Positions 1 through 7,088 of a stretch of DNA of 13,406 bases are shown here, piece by piece; the stretch's first letter is position 1, and the number at the start of each line of letters is the position of its first letter. The DNA is from a virus: positions 1-13,406 of the IMG/VR virus record IMGVR_UViG_2885994973_000001. One strand, 5' to 3'. Position numbers and translations under genes: made by a program. Below the pieces are notes generated by a model that ran no database searches, was not told the DNA's origin, and saw nothing but the letters and a program-made list of their open reading frames with translations.

Positions 1-137
1 AAAGGGTAATGTTTGCACTATGTCCATGGCTATAGTCCATGTTGATAGTCCTTATAGACTCCCATAGTGCAACAAAGGCCAAGATTGTGGAAGGAACCGA
101 CCTGACTTTAAGCCGCGTAGTTGGAGCCCCGCCGGTG
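1..137. promoter_or_regulatory. Right part of the same repressor/xis operator region (duplicate copy at window start)
   Basis: TGCACTATG at 14-22 is inverted with CATAGTGCA at 63-71. CTATGTCCATG (18-28) and CTATAGTCCATG (30-41) are near-repeats. ATAGTCC occurs at 32-38 and 45-51. Confidence 0.55.
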
Positions 138-148
138 ATGCCATGGCG
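1..148. repeat. Terminal direct repeat, copy A (identical to 13259-13406)
   Basis: Base-by-base comparison of the window start with 13259-13406 shows identity up to the window edge, at an offset of 13,258 bp. Confidence 0.95.
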
Positions 149-302
149 CGAGTTTGCCAACTGGATCCGCATGGAGAACGAGCACGACACCGTGCGGGGC
201 TGGATTCGCAACGGCTACCTGCCGTCCAAGAAGATCGGCAAATACGTGCTGGTGAACGTTGCACTGCTGACCAAGCAGCTCATGGAAGAGGAGTGGGAGT
301 GA
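138..302 (+). CDS. Excisionase-family HTH DNA-binding protein (XisF-like lysis-lysogeny regulator), about 54 aa
   Basis: MPWREFANWIRMENEHDTVRGWIRNGYLPSKKIGKYVLV fits the excisionase/AlpA-type HTH pattern (..tvrrWi..G.lP..kiGk..l). The gene is divergent from the repressor. GGAG lies at 123-126, and GTG at 135 is an alternative start. The longer track ORF from 39 would run through the operator repeats, so it is disfavoured. Confidence 0.6.
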   Translation: MPWREFANWIRMENEHDTVRGWIRNGYLPSKKIGKYVLVNVALLTKQLMEEEWE

Positions 303-502
303 TGAAGACTCAATACGTCGTCGAAACCTGCACCTTCCACGGCCTGACCAAGCAACGTCGCTGGCACCGCGTGCACACCGGCCCGTCTCTCATGGACTGC
401 AACGCTTACGTCGGCAGCACCATTGCCAGCATGTACGCTCACTGGCGTCCTGAGCGTGCCCTGGATCTGTTCCGCGTCCGTGGCGTGAGGACTTCCGCAT
501 GA
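302..502 (+). CDS. Small hypothetical early protein, 66 aa
   Basis: The ATG at 302 overlaps the xis stop (TGATG). Codon third positions are strongly G/C in this frame. The track ORF 143-502 is an N-terminal extension in the same frame. Confidence 0.55.
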   Translation: MKTQYVVETCTFHGLTKQRRWHRVHTGPSLMDCNAYVGSTIASMYAHWRPERALDLFRVRGVRTSA

Positions 503-723
503 AAGCACCTGCCCTGTTCTCTGTTCAGCAATTCAAAGACCTCTGCGTCTGGCTGTTCTGGCTTTCGGCTTACGTGGCCTTCTGCGTGCTGTTCAGCCAC
601 CTGTTTAAGAGTCTTTGGGCTCTGCTTGTCGATGTGCCGGTACAGGCAATCGCCGCAATCGTGGCCGCTTCTATCGGTGCAATCGCTATCGGTTTTCGCC
701 TAGCCATGGGGGAGGGCAGATGA
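499..723 (+). CDS. Small hydrophobic (about 2-TM) hypothetical protein, 74 aa
   Basis: An ATGA start/stop overlap joins it to the previous ORF. It has two hydrophobic stretches (LCVWLFWLSAYVAFCVLF; AIAAIVAASIGAIAIGF) and high GC3. Confidence 0.55.
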   Translation: MKAPALFSVQQFKDLCVWLFWLSAYVAFCVLFSHLFKSLWALLVDVPVQAIAAIVAASIGAIAIGFRLAMGEGR

Positions 724-726
724 TCA

Positions 727-1059
727 ATGCAAAAGTACCTGCACCAGCCCCACAGGCCGGACTGCGACTGCTCTGTCTGCTATGTCAAAAGACTGGGGCC
801 TATCAGCCTGTCGCCACGCTGCGCCCAATGCCGCCCCGTGCGCTGTTTTCCGGTCGTTGGCCAAATGCGGCTGGTGAACGGGCACTGGCTGCACGTGAGC
901 AGTACCTACCGCTGGGCCTCGGGCTTTACCTGTCCCCAGCACTCACCAACGCCGTGCCCGCCTCGGTACTGGTACATGGTGGAAAACATCGGCAAGCCAA
1001 CGCCTTACGTCCCGCGCTGGGATCTGTTCGAGCTGGAGTCTGAGCCATGCACGACCTGA
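727..1059 (+). CDS. Cys-rich hypothetical protein, 110 aa (possible zinc-binding)
   Basis: GGAGGG at 711-716 lies 10 nt upstream of the ATG. GC3 is high in this frame. CDCSVC...CAQC..C motifs are present. The competing frame 720-1043 is Ala/Arg/Pro/Leu-rich shadow sequence. Confidence 0.55.
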   Translation: MQKYLHQPHRPDCDCSVCYVKRLGPISLSPRCAQCRPVRCFPVVGQMRLVNGHWLHVSSTYRWASGFTCPQHSPTPCPPRYWYMVENIGKPTPYVPRWDLFELESEPCTT

Positions 1060-1220
1060 CCGGATTTATGCCTGTAGGCGAGTGCTTTTACTGCGGCCAA
1101 ACCCAGGTGGTGAGCTGCCAGGGCTTCAACGTGGCGGACATCCCGGACGTGATCGTTTGCGGGGACTGCCAGGACATCAACGAACGTCGCCTCGCTGACC
1201 TTGAAGGGAAAACCGAGTAA
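1047..1220 (+). CDS. Small zinc-ribbon-like protein, 57 aa (not in the supplied ORF track)
   Basis: My translation is MHDLTGFMPVGECFYCGQTQVVSCQGFNVADIPDVIVCGDCQDINERRLADLEGKTE. It has two CxxC pairs and high GC3. It overlaps the upstream ORF by 13 nt, and its TAA stop overlaps the next ATG (TAATG). Confidence 0.5.
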   Translation: MHDLTGFMPVGECFYCGQTQVVSCQGFNVADIPDVIVCGDCQDINERRLADLEGKTE

Positions 1221-1417
1221 TGCCCGGCATCGTCCTGACCGTCGCCCAAGCCGCTGAGCTGTTGCCCTTGGCCAGCCAGCAGTTGGGCCGCATCCAGCAC
1301 CAACAGGACGCTGCCAACGAGAAAGGCATCCCGGAAAACTGGGGTGTGGATGAATGGCAGGAAATCGTAGAAGCCCTGCAAGGCCCAATCGTTCATGGGG
1401 TGGTGTATGTCGCCTGA
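1220..1417 (+). CDS. Small hypothetical protein, 65 aa
   Basis: The start is coupled through TAATG to the previous ORF. GC3 is high and the composition is acidic and soluble. Confidence 0.5.
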   Translation: MPGIVLTVAQAAELLPLASQQLGRIQHQQDAANEKGIPENWGVDEWQEIVEALQGPIVHGVVYVA

Positions 1418-1631
1418 GCTGTTCGTTGTGATCACGTACTGCCTGCTGGTTCTGTGCTTCATGACCCTTGGCCTGTTGTTCGCCTTCCTGCTGCTGCGCC
1501 GTGAGTTCTGCCCGCGCCGTGGTGGGCAGCCGAATCAGTCGCCTCCGGCGTCCGTGACTGGCCAACGCGATCACCCGGCCAGTTCACCGCGCGCACCGCC
1601 AGTCGCGGGCGACGGTGGCGAAATGGGATGA
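1407..1631 (+). CDS. Small membrane protein, about 74 aa (N-terminal TM helix, Pro/Ser/Ala-rich tail)
   Basis: The ATG at 1407 overlaps the end of the upstream ORF by 11 nt. The helix ELFVVITYCLLVLCFMTLGLLFAFLLL is followed by RR. The track start at 1395 is an alternative. Confidence 0.5.
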   Translation: MSPELFVVITYCLLVLCFMTLGLLFAFLLLRREFCPRRGGQPNQSPPASVTGQRDHPASSPRAPPVAGDGGEMG

Positions 1632-1810
1632 CAAGGGCAAGGCCCTTGGTGTGAACAAACGATCAGGCAACGCCTGACCCGGCTTTAACCCCCGGTAGAC
1701 CGATAAGCACCTGCAGGTTTTGAACTTCGAAGTTCACCTGCACGGACTCGCTCGGCCTGCTGAAAGGCAAAACCGCGCAATAACGCGCAACTGAAAAGAG
1801 GAAACACCCA
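1632..1810 (+). promoter_or_regulatory. Structured intergenic region upstream of the structural operon (candidate promoter, ori or packaging signal)
   Basis: There are hairpins at 1632-1648 (CAAGGGC/GCCCTTG) and 1663-1677 (TCAGGC/GCCTGA). A perfect 14-bp palindrome GAACTTCGAAGTTC at 1722-1735 is flanked by CACCTGCA at 1708-1715 and 1735-1742. CGCGCAA occurs twice (1774-1780, 1784-1790). The SD GAGGA is at 1798-1802. Confidence 0.45.
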
Positions 1811-2164
1811 ATGGCACGTTCGACTATGGAAGTTGCATTCCTGGGCACTCAGATGACCCAAGTTGATGACACCAAATACGCCAAGGTCTTCTACGGCGAC
1901 GAACCAGACGGCAAGACCGAACACGGCCTGTCGATCATCGGCATGGCCATCGCTGAAGACGCCGCCGACGAAGTATTCATGGCCGGCGCCCAGTTCGAGC
2001 CTCTGCAACTGGTGCGCATCACCTTCGACGTCGCCCGCGGCGGCCAGAACAAGGGCAAGAACCTCGCTCTGCATATCGAAGCCGTGGACAACAAAGCCCG
2101 TACCACGGCGAGCCCTGCGCCTGCTGCCAACACCGGCAAGCCTGCCGACCCGGCCAAAGCCTAA
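1811..2164 (+). CDS. Putative ssDNA-binding protein (g5p analogue), 117 aa
   Basis: It is the first gene after the long intergenic region, with a strong SD 8 nt upstream. It lies immediately upstream of the tiny hydrophobic ORFs and the coat gene, as in Ff/Pf phages. It has a Pro/Ala-rich C-terminal tail (TTASPAPAANTGKPADPAKA), as I recall for the Pf1 gene 5 protein. The assignment rests on position and composition only. Confidence 0.5.
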   Translation: MARSTMEVAFLGTQMTQVDDTKYAKVFYGDEPDGKTEHGLSIIGMAIAEDAADEVFMAGAQFEPLQLVRITFDVARGGQNKGKNLALHIEAVDNKARTTASPAPAANTGKPADPAKA

Positions 2165-2188
2165 CCCTGGCCGCCTGGAGCTCACCGC

Positions 2189-2305
2189 ATGGGAATCGAC
2201 GCCTATCTGGCCAACGTCACCCTCGGTGATCTCTGGGCCCTGCAGTTCATTCAAGGCGTGGTGATGATCGCCGCCCTTGGCCTTATCCACGGGCACCAGA
2301 GGTAA
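2189..2305 (+). CDS. Tiny hydrophobic protein, 38 aa (g7p/g9p-like or PfsE-position ORF; not in ORF track)
   Basis: My translation is MGIDAYLANVTLGDLWALQFIQGVVMIAALGLIHGHQR. CTGGAG lies 8 nt upstream and GC3 is high. The ORF sits between the ssDBP and the major coat gene. Confidence 0.45.
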   Translation: MGIDAYLANVTLGDLWALQFIQGVVMIAALGLIHGHQR

Positions 2306-2311
2306 CGGTTT

Positions 2312-2437
2312 ATGGCTTTCACCTGGGGGCAGTACCTCGTTATCGCTGGGCTCTTTGTGGGTGCTCTCGGGATTGGCGTGTCCTGGGGGGCCTTCCGGCT
2401 GGGCTGGAAGGAAATCGTCGACGCTTCAACCAACTGA
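2312..2437 (+). CDS. Tiny hydrophobic protein, 41 aa (g7p/g9p-like or PfsE-like; not in ORF track)
   Basis: My translation is MAFTWGQYLVIAGLFVGALGIGVSWGAFRLGWKEIVDASTN. GAGGT lies 8 nt upstream. It has a single TM helix with Trp/Gly-rich flanks. Confidence 0.45.
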   Translation: MAFTWGQYLVIAGLFVGALGIGVSWGAFRLGWKEIVDASTN

Positions 2438-2448
2438 GGAAACAACTC

Positions 2449-2751
2449 ATGTACCAAAGCAAAAAAGAAGCTGCCATTCGTGGCGGCCAGCTCGTACAGA
2501 ACGAGGCCAGTGTCGGTAAAGCACTGGGCGGCAAATCGCTCGCTCTGATCACTGCCGGTGCGGCCTCGCTGACTGCCGGTTCCGCCAATGCTGCAATCAC
2601 CGTCCCGCCTGAGCTGCTCGAAGTCTTCACCGATCTGGCGCTCGCGTTCGGCACCCTGATGGCGGCTGGTGCCGTGCTGTTCGGCGTTATCCGTGGTGGT
2701 GTGGCCCTGTTCAAGATCGCCGGTCGCGTATTCAGCGCTGCGGGCGCCTAA
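2449..2751 (+). CDS. Major coat protein precursor (g8p/CoaB-like), 100 aa
   Basis: The SD GAGGA is 8 nt upstream. A long leader ends in SANA|A, an AxA signal-peptidase site. The predicted 52-aa mature part has an acidic N-terminus (PPELLEVFTD), a hydrophobic core and a basic C-terminus (RGGVALFKIAGR), the classic inovirus coat layout. Confidence 0.8.
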   Translation: MYQSKKEAAIRGGQLVQNEASVGKALGGKSLALITAGAASLTAGSANAAITVPPELLEVFTDLALAFGTLMAAGAVLFGVIRGGVALFKIAGRVFSAAGA

Positions 2752-2771
2752 ACAGGGTTGGGGGTCGACTG

Positions 2772-4184
2772 ATGCGTACGGCTTTCGGCCTCCGCCTGTT
2801 ACTTGCTCTCACCCTTATGGGGTGGGGGCAGTTTGTTTTTGCTGAGGGCAACTTTTGGCAAGTTGATGGCGATGAGAGCTCCCGTGCGGGCTCCGCTCAA
2901 GCGCTTTGCGCTCGCCTCGTCGGTGAGTTCAACGCCGATGCCTATTGGCGAATTTACGATGATGCGGCCATCCCTGAGCAGCGTAAATTCTGCGATGCCT
3001 ACGGCAACATCGGTCAGACCTTCAAGATCTGGCCGCTTGTTCGTCTGAGCTGTCCTGCGGGTACCACCGTAGATCCTGTCACCGGCAAATGCTCGTCACC
3101 TCCTGTTGAGTGTGAGCCGTTAACAGGTCAGCGCTTCAGTTTCTTCGCCGTCGTCCCGAACGGTGGCAATAGCCTCCCTGGTGAGTACATCTGCCAGCAG
3201 GGCTGCCGTGCTGCCTGGTCTGGTGAGTGCGGTGCTAATGATCAAGGCATATCCGCTTGCTCGGGCCTTGCTACCTACAACGGACAGGTTTGCCAAAGCG
3301 GCGACACTCCGTCCGGCCTCGGTACACCTCCAAAAGATCCGAGTGAGCCAACCGACCCCACTACGCCGCCCGATCCAACTGACCCGCCAGACCCTACCGA
3401 TCCGCCTCCGGTCTGCGGCCCTGGTCATACATGGTCGGGCACTACCTGCGTAAAAGACCCACCCAAACAATGCGATCCCTCCACGGGTGAAGTCTGCCCG
3501 CCGACTGATCCTACTGACCCGAATAACCCCACCGATCCAACCGACCCCGATAACCCTGGCGACGGCGGTGATGGTGACGGCTCTGGTGATGGCGACGGCG
3601 ATACCGGTACGGGCGAACCCGGCGACGGCGACCAAGAAAAGCTTGGCGAGAAGATCGACAAGACCAACAGCCTGCTCGATGGCATCAGCAAAGCCCTGGG
3701 CAACCTGGGCGATGCCTTCAAAGAGTTTGCCGAGGATGCCCTGGGCGAGAAGTACGACGGCGAAGGGGACGGCGACGATAAGAGCATCGGCGAAGCCGCT
3801 GCAGGTTTGGCCGGTAGCTTGGCTGGCAACTTCGGCCAGGGCCTGAATGATTCCCTGGAAGCTCAGGAAGCACTCAACCAAGGCACCTTGGGCGACTTGC
3901 CCAACCTCGTCGGCAATGAGTGGTTCGGCCCCGGCACCGTGGCCTATTCCACGGTGTTCATGATCGACAAGGTGTTGCCTCGCGCCGGCAACTGTTCCGC
4001 CTTCGATGTGAAAGTCGATGCCGGAAAGCTGCACACCAACCTGCGCCTGGACGCCTGTGAGCTGAGCCGCATTAAGCCCCTGCTCGAGTGGATCGTGTGG
4101 ATGGGCACCATCATCGGCGTGTGGCGAATCGCCTATGCCGGCCTGCGTCTTGAAAACGCCAAAGCCGAAAAAGGAGGCTTCTGA
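2772..4184 (+). CDS. Minor coat / adsorption protein (g3p/CoaA-like), 470 aa
   Basis: It has a signal peptide (..GWGQFVFA|EG) and Cys-rich N-terminal domains. Low-complexity PTDP and GDG linkers lie at about 3327-3410 and 3498-3632. A C-terminal membrane anchor (LLEWIVWMGTIIGVWRIAYAGL) is present. The gene sits directly after the coat gene. Confidence 0.75.
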   Translation: MRTAFGLRLLLALTLMGWGQFVFAEGNFWQVDGDESSRAGSAQALCARLVGEFNADAYWRIYDDAAIPEQRKFCDAYGNIGQTFKIWPLVRLSCPAGTTVDPVTGKCSSPPVECEPLTGQRFSFFAVVPNGGNSLPGEYICQQGCRAAWSGECGANDQGISACSGLATYNGQVCQSGDTPSGLGTPPKDPSEPTDPTTPPDPTDPPDPTDPPPVCGPGHTWSGTTCVKDPPKQCDPSTGEVCPPTDPTDPNNPTDPTDPDNPGDGGDGDGSGDGDGDTGTGEPGDGDQEKLGEKIDKTNSLLDGISKALGNLGDAFKEFAEDALGEKYDGEGDGDDKSIGEAAAGLAGSLAGNFGQGLNDSLEAQEALNQGTLGDLPNLVGNEWFGPGTVAYSTVFMIDKVLPRAGNCSAFDVKVDAGKLHTNLRLDACELSRIKPLLEWIVWMGTIIGVWRIAYAGLRLENAKAEKGGF

Positions 4185-4561
4185 TGCTCGGCTGGATCAA
4201 AGGGTTCTTGCAGAAGTTCTTCCCCAACCTGTTCAAGCGTTTCAACGGCTGGCTGCTGGCATTCATCACGCCGCTGATTGCGCCGTTTTTCGAGTTCATC
4301 ACCAAGCTCTTTCGCAAGGTCGCGCTGTTCCTGCTGATCGTCGCCGCCATCGGCACGGCCATCGTCGTGTTCGCCAAGGCCGTTGAATCGGTGGTCGGGC
4401 GCATCGCTACCGAAATGGCCCCCGCTGACCTGATCGTCTTCGGCCAGATGTTCCTGCCGAGCAACTTGGCTCAGGGCATCACCATCCTTCTGTTCGCCCG
4501 CCTGCACTCCCTGGTGTTCATGTGGGTGCACCGCCTCACTGAAAAGTTTATCCACACCTGA
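4184..4561 (+). CDS. g6p-like minor coat / membrane protein, 125 aa
   Basis: A TGATG overlap couples it to the g3p-like gene. The protein is very hydrophobic and multi-spanning. It lies between g3p-like and g1p-like genes, as in Ff. Confidence 0.65.
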   Translation: MLGWIKGFLQKFFPNLFKRFNGWLLAFITPLIAPFFEFITKLFRKVALFLLIVAAIGTAIVVFAKAVESVVGRIATEMAPADLIVFGQMFLPSNLAQGITILLFARLHSLVFMWVHRLTEKFIHT

Positions 4562-4570
4562 GGATCGCCC

Positions 4571-5671
4571 GTGGCCGTCTACATCGTTACCGGCAAGCTG
4601 GGTGCTGGCAAAACCCTGCTGTGCATCCTCAAGATTCTGGAATACCTCAAAGCCCGCCGCCGCGTTGCCGTCAACGTCGATGTGAAGATGGACAAGCTCT
4701 GCCGGGGGGATAACAAGTACTCGCGCCTTGTCCGCCTGCCTGACCTGCCATCGGCTGAAGATCTGGTCGGTTTGGGCTTCGGCCATGAAACCTACGACGA
4801 AGAGAAATTCGGCGGGATCTTCCTCGACGAAGCCGGCGTGTGGCTCAACTCCCGCGACTGGAATTCCGGTGGCCGTACCGACCTGCTGAAGTTCTTCCTG
4901 TTCCTGCGCAAACGCCGCTGGGATCTGTGGTTGTGCGTGCAAAACGTCAACGTCATCGATAAGCAGATTCGCGAATCCATCGCTGAGCACGTGGTGTACA
5001 TCAACCGCTGGGACAAGCTGAAGATTCCCTTCGTGTTCCGCCTGCCGCTGCGTGTCCTGAGCTTGGGTATGTGGAAAGGCAACCTGCCGAAACTGCATCA
5101 GGCCATCGTGAAATACGGCGCCAAGTTCAACTCACCCAAGGTTGAAGACTGGTTCTACCAAGGCAAAGAGTTCTACAGCTATTACGACACCACCCAGGAA
5201 TACAACAAGGACTACGACAAGGGCTCGTACTCCATGCTCCCGCCCGGCTACTGGCGTCGCCGCCTTCCTGCATCACCTCGCGACCTGGGGTTTCTCATGC
5301 GCACCACCAAAATATTCTTCCGCCGCACTCGGGTGGTGAACGCCTTTTTCCTGGGCGGCCTGATCACCCTGTTTGTTTCGCTGCCGGTGTTCTCGGCTAT
5401 TGCCTGGATTCGTACGCCGGGCGTCGCCGTACAGGAAAAACCAGCCGCTGTAGAAGAAGAGAAAAAGGCCACCTTGGCCGAAGAGTTCGAGGGCTACCGC
5501 ATCGCCTCCTATGGGCTCATGTCGGGCCAGTCCCGCTATGTGTTCGTGGATCCCGACGGCAAGCGCATCCGCTCCGAGGATCTGCTCTCCCGCGCTATCA
5601 CCATCGATCCACGGGGGCCGCGAGAAGTGCGGTTGCTGCGTGGTACCGACTCCCTCACCGTCTACAGGTAA
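4571..5671 (+). CDS. Zot/g1p-like phage assembly ATPase, 366 aa
   Basis: It starts at GTG, with GAGGA 6 nt upstream. Walker A is GKLGAGKT at the N-terminus and Walker B-like is GGIFLDEAG. There is a single central TM segment (VVNAFFLGGLITLFVSLPVFSAIAWI). Confidence 0.85.
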   Translation: MAVYIVTGKLGAGKTLLCILKILEYLKARRRVAVNVDVKMDKLCRGDNKYSRLVRLPDLPSAEDLVGLGFGHETYDEEKFGGIFLDEAGVWLNSRDWNSGGRTDLLKFFLFLRKRRWDLWLCVQNVNVIDKQIRESIAEHVVYINRWDKLKIPFVFRLPLRVLSLGMWKGNLPKLHQAIVKYGAKFNSPKVEDWFYQGKEFYSYYDTTQEYNKDYDKGSYSMLPPGYWRRRLPASPRDLGFLMRTTKIFFRRTRVVNAFFLGGLITLFVSLPVFSAIAWIRTPGVAVQEKPAAVEEEKKATLAEEFEGYRIASYGLMSGQSRYVFVDPDGKRIRSEDLLSRAITIDPRGPREVRLLRGTDSLTVYR

Positions 5672-5677
5672 TCGGCC

Positions 5678-7021
5678 ATGAAACGTTGGCTTTCTCTGGT
5701 ACTGCTGCCGCTCGCCCTCACTTCCACGCTCGCCCGCGCTGCTGTGGAGAAGATCGAACTGTACGACTCCACCCTGCAGGACTTCGTAGAGTGGGCCGCC
5801 GTGATGCTGAATAAATCGGTGGTCGTCGGTTCCGATATCCGCTCGGCGCCGATCTCGATTTTCGCCACCTTCGATGGCCCCCAGGAACTCGAACAGCTCT
5901 TGGAAAACGCCGTCCTGTCTTCGGGCTTTCACTACTCCAAAAGCCCCAACGCGATCCGCATCAGCGCACAACCGATTCAGGAATCGCCCGTCCTGGTCAC
6001 AGAGGTGATTCAGCTCCAGCACCTGCAGTCCGACTTCGCCGAACAGTCCGTCCGCGATGTGCTGGCTTCCCGCGCTGACCGCAACACTGAGAACAACACC
6101 ACCGGCCAGGTACTCGTCACACCGTCGCCCACCTCGAACGCCCTGATCGTCACTGCCACGCGCCCCCAGCTCGACGCCATCAAAGAGGTGGTCACCGAAA
6201 TCGACCGACCGCGGCGACAGGTGCAAATCACCGCGGTGGTGGCTGAGCTGTCGGATAACGACTTCGAAGCCCTGGGCCTTAATGCCGCTGCCGGCTCAAA
6301 CCGCCTCGATCTGTCGGGCCGCACCATCCGTTCTTCGGATCGCTCCGACCTGGGCTTCAGCCTCACGTTCTCCGGCCCGACCATCTCGGCCTTCCTGCAG
6401 GCGGTGCGCTCCAGCTCCAGCAGCAACCTGTTATCCACGCCTCAGCTACTGACCCTCAACCGTGAACCCGCATCCATCGTCGTCGGCCAGAACGTCCCCT
6501 TTATCACCGGCCAGACCACCAGTGGCTCCACTCCGGCATCAGATCCGTTTCAAACCATCGTGCGCCAGGATGTGGGCGTAACCCTACAGGTCACGCCCTT
6601 CATCACGCCGGCCGACGCGATAGAGCTGCAGGTCAGCCAGTCCGCCTCTAGCGTCTCGGACGACAACACCGCCGCCGACATCATCACCAACACGCGCCGC
6701 ATCATCACGCGGGTACAGCTCAAGGATGGCCAGGGGGTGCTCCTGGGTGGGCTGCGATCGACGCAAACCGATCGCTCTACCAGCGCGGTGCCGATCCTCG
6801 GTGATATCCCGTACCTGGGGCGCGCCTTCCGCTACGAATCCAACCGCGTACGCACCACCAACCTTGTGGTGCTCATAACCGCCCGTATACAGGCCCTGAA
6901 CCACAACGAGCTGATGCCGGCTGATGCGGGGCCGTGGATGGATCTTTCGTTCGGCGCGTTGCCCGGCGGTGGTTTGGGCGCAGCCCGTGACACCGCCGGG
7001 CGCGCGACGGGCGCCCGGTGA
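5678..7021 (+). CDS. Phage-encoded outer-membrane secretin (g4p/GspD family), 447 aa
   Basis: It has a signal peptide (LTSTLARA|AVEK). Secretin C-domain signatures are present: LLSTPQLLTLNREPASIVVGQNVPFITG, GVTLQVTPFI, VLLGGL, VPILGDIPYLGRAFRY and LVVLITARI. It lies directly after the g1p-like gene, as in Ff. Confidence 0.85.
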   Translation: MKRWLSLVLLPLALTSTLARAAVEKIELYDSTLQDFVEWAAVMLNKSVVVGSDIRSAPISIFATFDGPQELEQLLENAVLSSGFHYSKSPNAIRISAQPIQESPVLVTEVIQLQHLQSDFAEQSVRDVLASRADRNTENNTTGQVLVTPSPTSNALIVTATRPQLDAIKEVVTEIDRPRRQVQITAVVAELSDNDFEALGLNAAAGSNRLDLSGRTIRSSDRSDLGFSLTFSGPTISAFLQAVRSSSSSNLLSTPQLLTLNREPASIVVGQNVPFITGQTTSGSTPASDPFQTIVRQDVGVTLQVTPFITPADAIELQVSQSASSVSDDNTAADIITNTRRIITRVQLKDGQGVLLGGLRSTQTDRSTSAVPILGDIPYLGRAFRYESNRVRTTNLVVLITARIQALNHNELMPADAGPWMDLSFGALPGGGLGAARDTAGRATGAR

Positions 7022-7088
7022 CGTCCCTGTAACACGTCAGATAAACCAGCTTGAAAGTGGCCATTATTGGCCAATAAGGGAAAAACAG

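Noticed and set aside
39-137. Long form of the xis-like ORF starting at 39
   Set aside because: The extra 33 codons lie inside the AT-richer operator repeats. The HTH domain starts right after M34, so the longer form cannot be fully excluded but is unlikely.
720-1043. Alternative frame ORF (615/720-1043) overlapping the Cys-rich ORF
   Set aside because: Its composition is Ala/Arg/Leu/Pro-rich. G/C falls on the wrong codon position, and the SD spacing (3 nt) is poor compared with the ATG at 727.
3327-3632. Repetitive PTDP/GDG-coding DNA as a CRISPR array or VNTR
   Set aside because: The repeats are short, imperfect, in frame and inside a continuous ORF. There is no repeat-spacer periodicity.
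4133-5098. Long minus-strand ORFs antisense to structural genes (4133-5098, 5273-6226, 3120-4034, 7170-7904, 1005-1574, 1685-2296, 2340-2714)
   Set aside because: These are typical shadow ORFs of high-GC coding DNA. Their products are Arg/Ala/Gly/Pro/Val-rich and low in complexity. They lie antisense to genes with clear family signatures and lack SD sequences.
6924-7088. N-terminal extension of the rep ORF starting at 6924
   Set aside because: It would overlap the secretin gene by 98 nt and read through the structured spacer. The extension is Arg/Pro/Gly-rich shadow-like sequence. The ATG at 7089 gives a sensible start.
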